Assembly (NCBI GenBank): GCA_964623835.1 | Contig: CAZUVN010000001.1 | Coordinates: 1 to 50,033 of the forward strand | DNA length: 50,033 nucleotides | Direction of reading: 5' to 3' | DNA from: an uncultured Candidatus Peribacteria bacterium | GTDB taxonomy: Bacteria; Patescibacteriota; Gracilibacteria; Peribacterales; Peribacteraceae | The notes under the pieces: model-generated | Told to the model about the DNA's origin: nothing | Database searches by the model: none | The model's input: the letters and a program-made list of their open reading frames with translations, nothing else | In this document: positions 49,822-50,033 of the stretch, in pieces | Position numbering within the stretch: position 1 is the stretch's first letter | Layout: every line of letters begins with the position of its first letter | Program-made: the position numbers and the translations under genes

Positions 49822-50033
49822 TCATGTGTCGCGGATATGACGTCGTCTGAAATCGACAATCGCATCTGCGGTGAGGTCTGCATGCTGGATGAAGAAATCA
49901 TGGCCGCCGGGAATGCGTTCTCTTTCAAGCCGAGGGTATGATTTTTCCATGTTGTCGTAGGATGATGCGGGGAATAATCCGTCGGTCTCACTGGTCAAAA
50001 GCATCGTTGATTTGCCGGTTGCCCGAATGCGTT
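49822..50033 (-). CDS. C-terminal fragment of an alpha/beta-hydrolase-like protein (continues beyond the window)
   Basis: The frame is open to the window edge. ...LLTSETDGLFP......RIPGGHDFFIQHADLTADAIVDF resembles the catalytic-His end of alpha/beta hydrolases. Confidence 0.45.
   Translation of the reverse strand, partial: RIRATGKSTMLLTSETDGLFPASSYDNMEKSYPRLERERIPGGHDFFIQHADLTADAIVDFRRRHIRDT

Overview
A densely packed, roughly mid-GC 50-kb window with about 55 protein genes and one tRNA. Gene content fits a small-genome fermentative bacterium, possibly a CPR/Peregrinibacteria-like lineage, but that placement is inference only.

**Gene content**
- Housekeeping genes: rplT, trmD, gpmA, guaA, efp, gatB, def, nth, mscL, thyA, folA, secD, rlmD, rlmH and tRNA-Glu(CUC).
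- Fermentative module: ADP-forming acetyl-CoA synthetase, flavodoxin and a two-subunit 2-oxoacid:ferredoxin oxidoreductase.
- Scattered envelope-glycan genes: GT2, TagA/WecG-like, wecB, an O-antigen-ligase-like gene, a GT-C-like gene, a sugar nucleotidyltransferase and a truncated phosphoglycosyltransferase.
- Two ECF sigma factors, one of them paired with a FecR/anti-sigma-like gene.
- An extracytoplasmic thiol-redox cluster: a Met-rich lipoprotein, an 8-Cys thioredoxin lipoprotein and a DipZ-like protein.
- I see no rRNA, CRISPR array, transposase/integrase or recognisable defence genes.

**Most unusual signals**
1. A family of hairpins whose arms are short tandem k-mers (AGCT-, GAATT-, CCGTTAT-/GATATCC-, AAGATCC-, TTAAATTG- and CTAG-type). 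They sit at many gene boundaries and also in frame inside guaA and the O-antigen-ligase-like gene, and they supply the last codons of several CDSs.
2. A 350-400 nt structured, non-coding-looking element in two inverted copies about 20 kb apart. Each copy starts at the first base after a stop codon, and the differences between copies preserve base pairing.
3. Protein-level oddities: a SecD with an embedded parvulin PPIase domain, a lipoprotein resembling the SecD periplasmic head, an AdoMetDC-like domain with a long unknown N-terminal extension, a cysteine-less DsbA-like lipoprotein, and a G11 tract at the ribosome-binding position of a lipoprotein gene.
4. Recurrent -10 boxes 6-7 nt upstream of start codons, which suggests leaderless mRNAs.

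All family calls rest on motifs read by eye. No database search was run.
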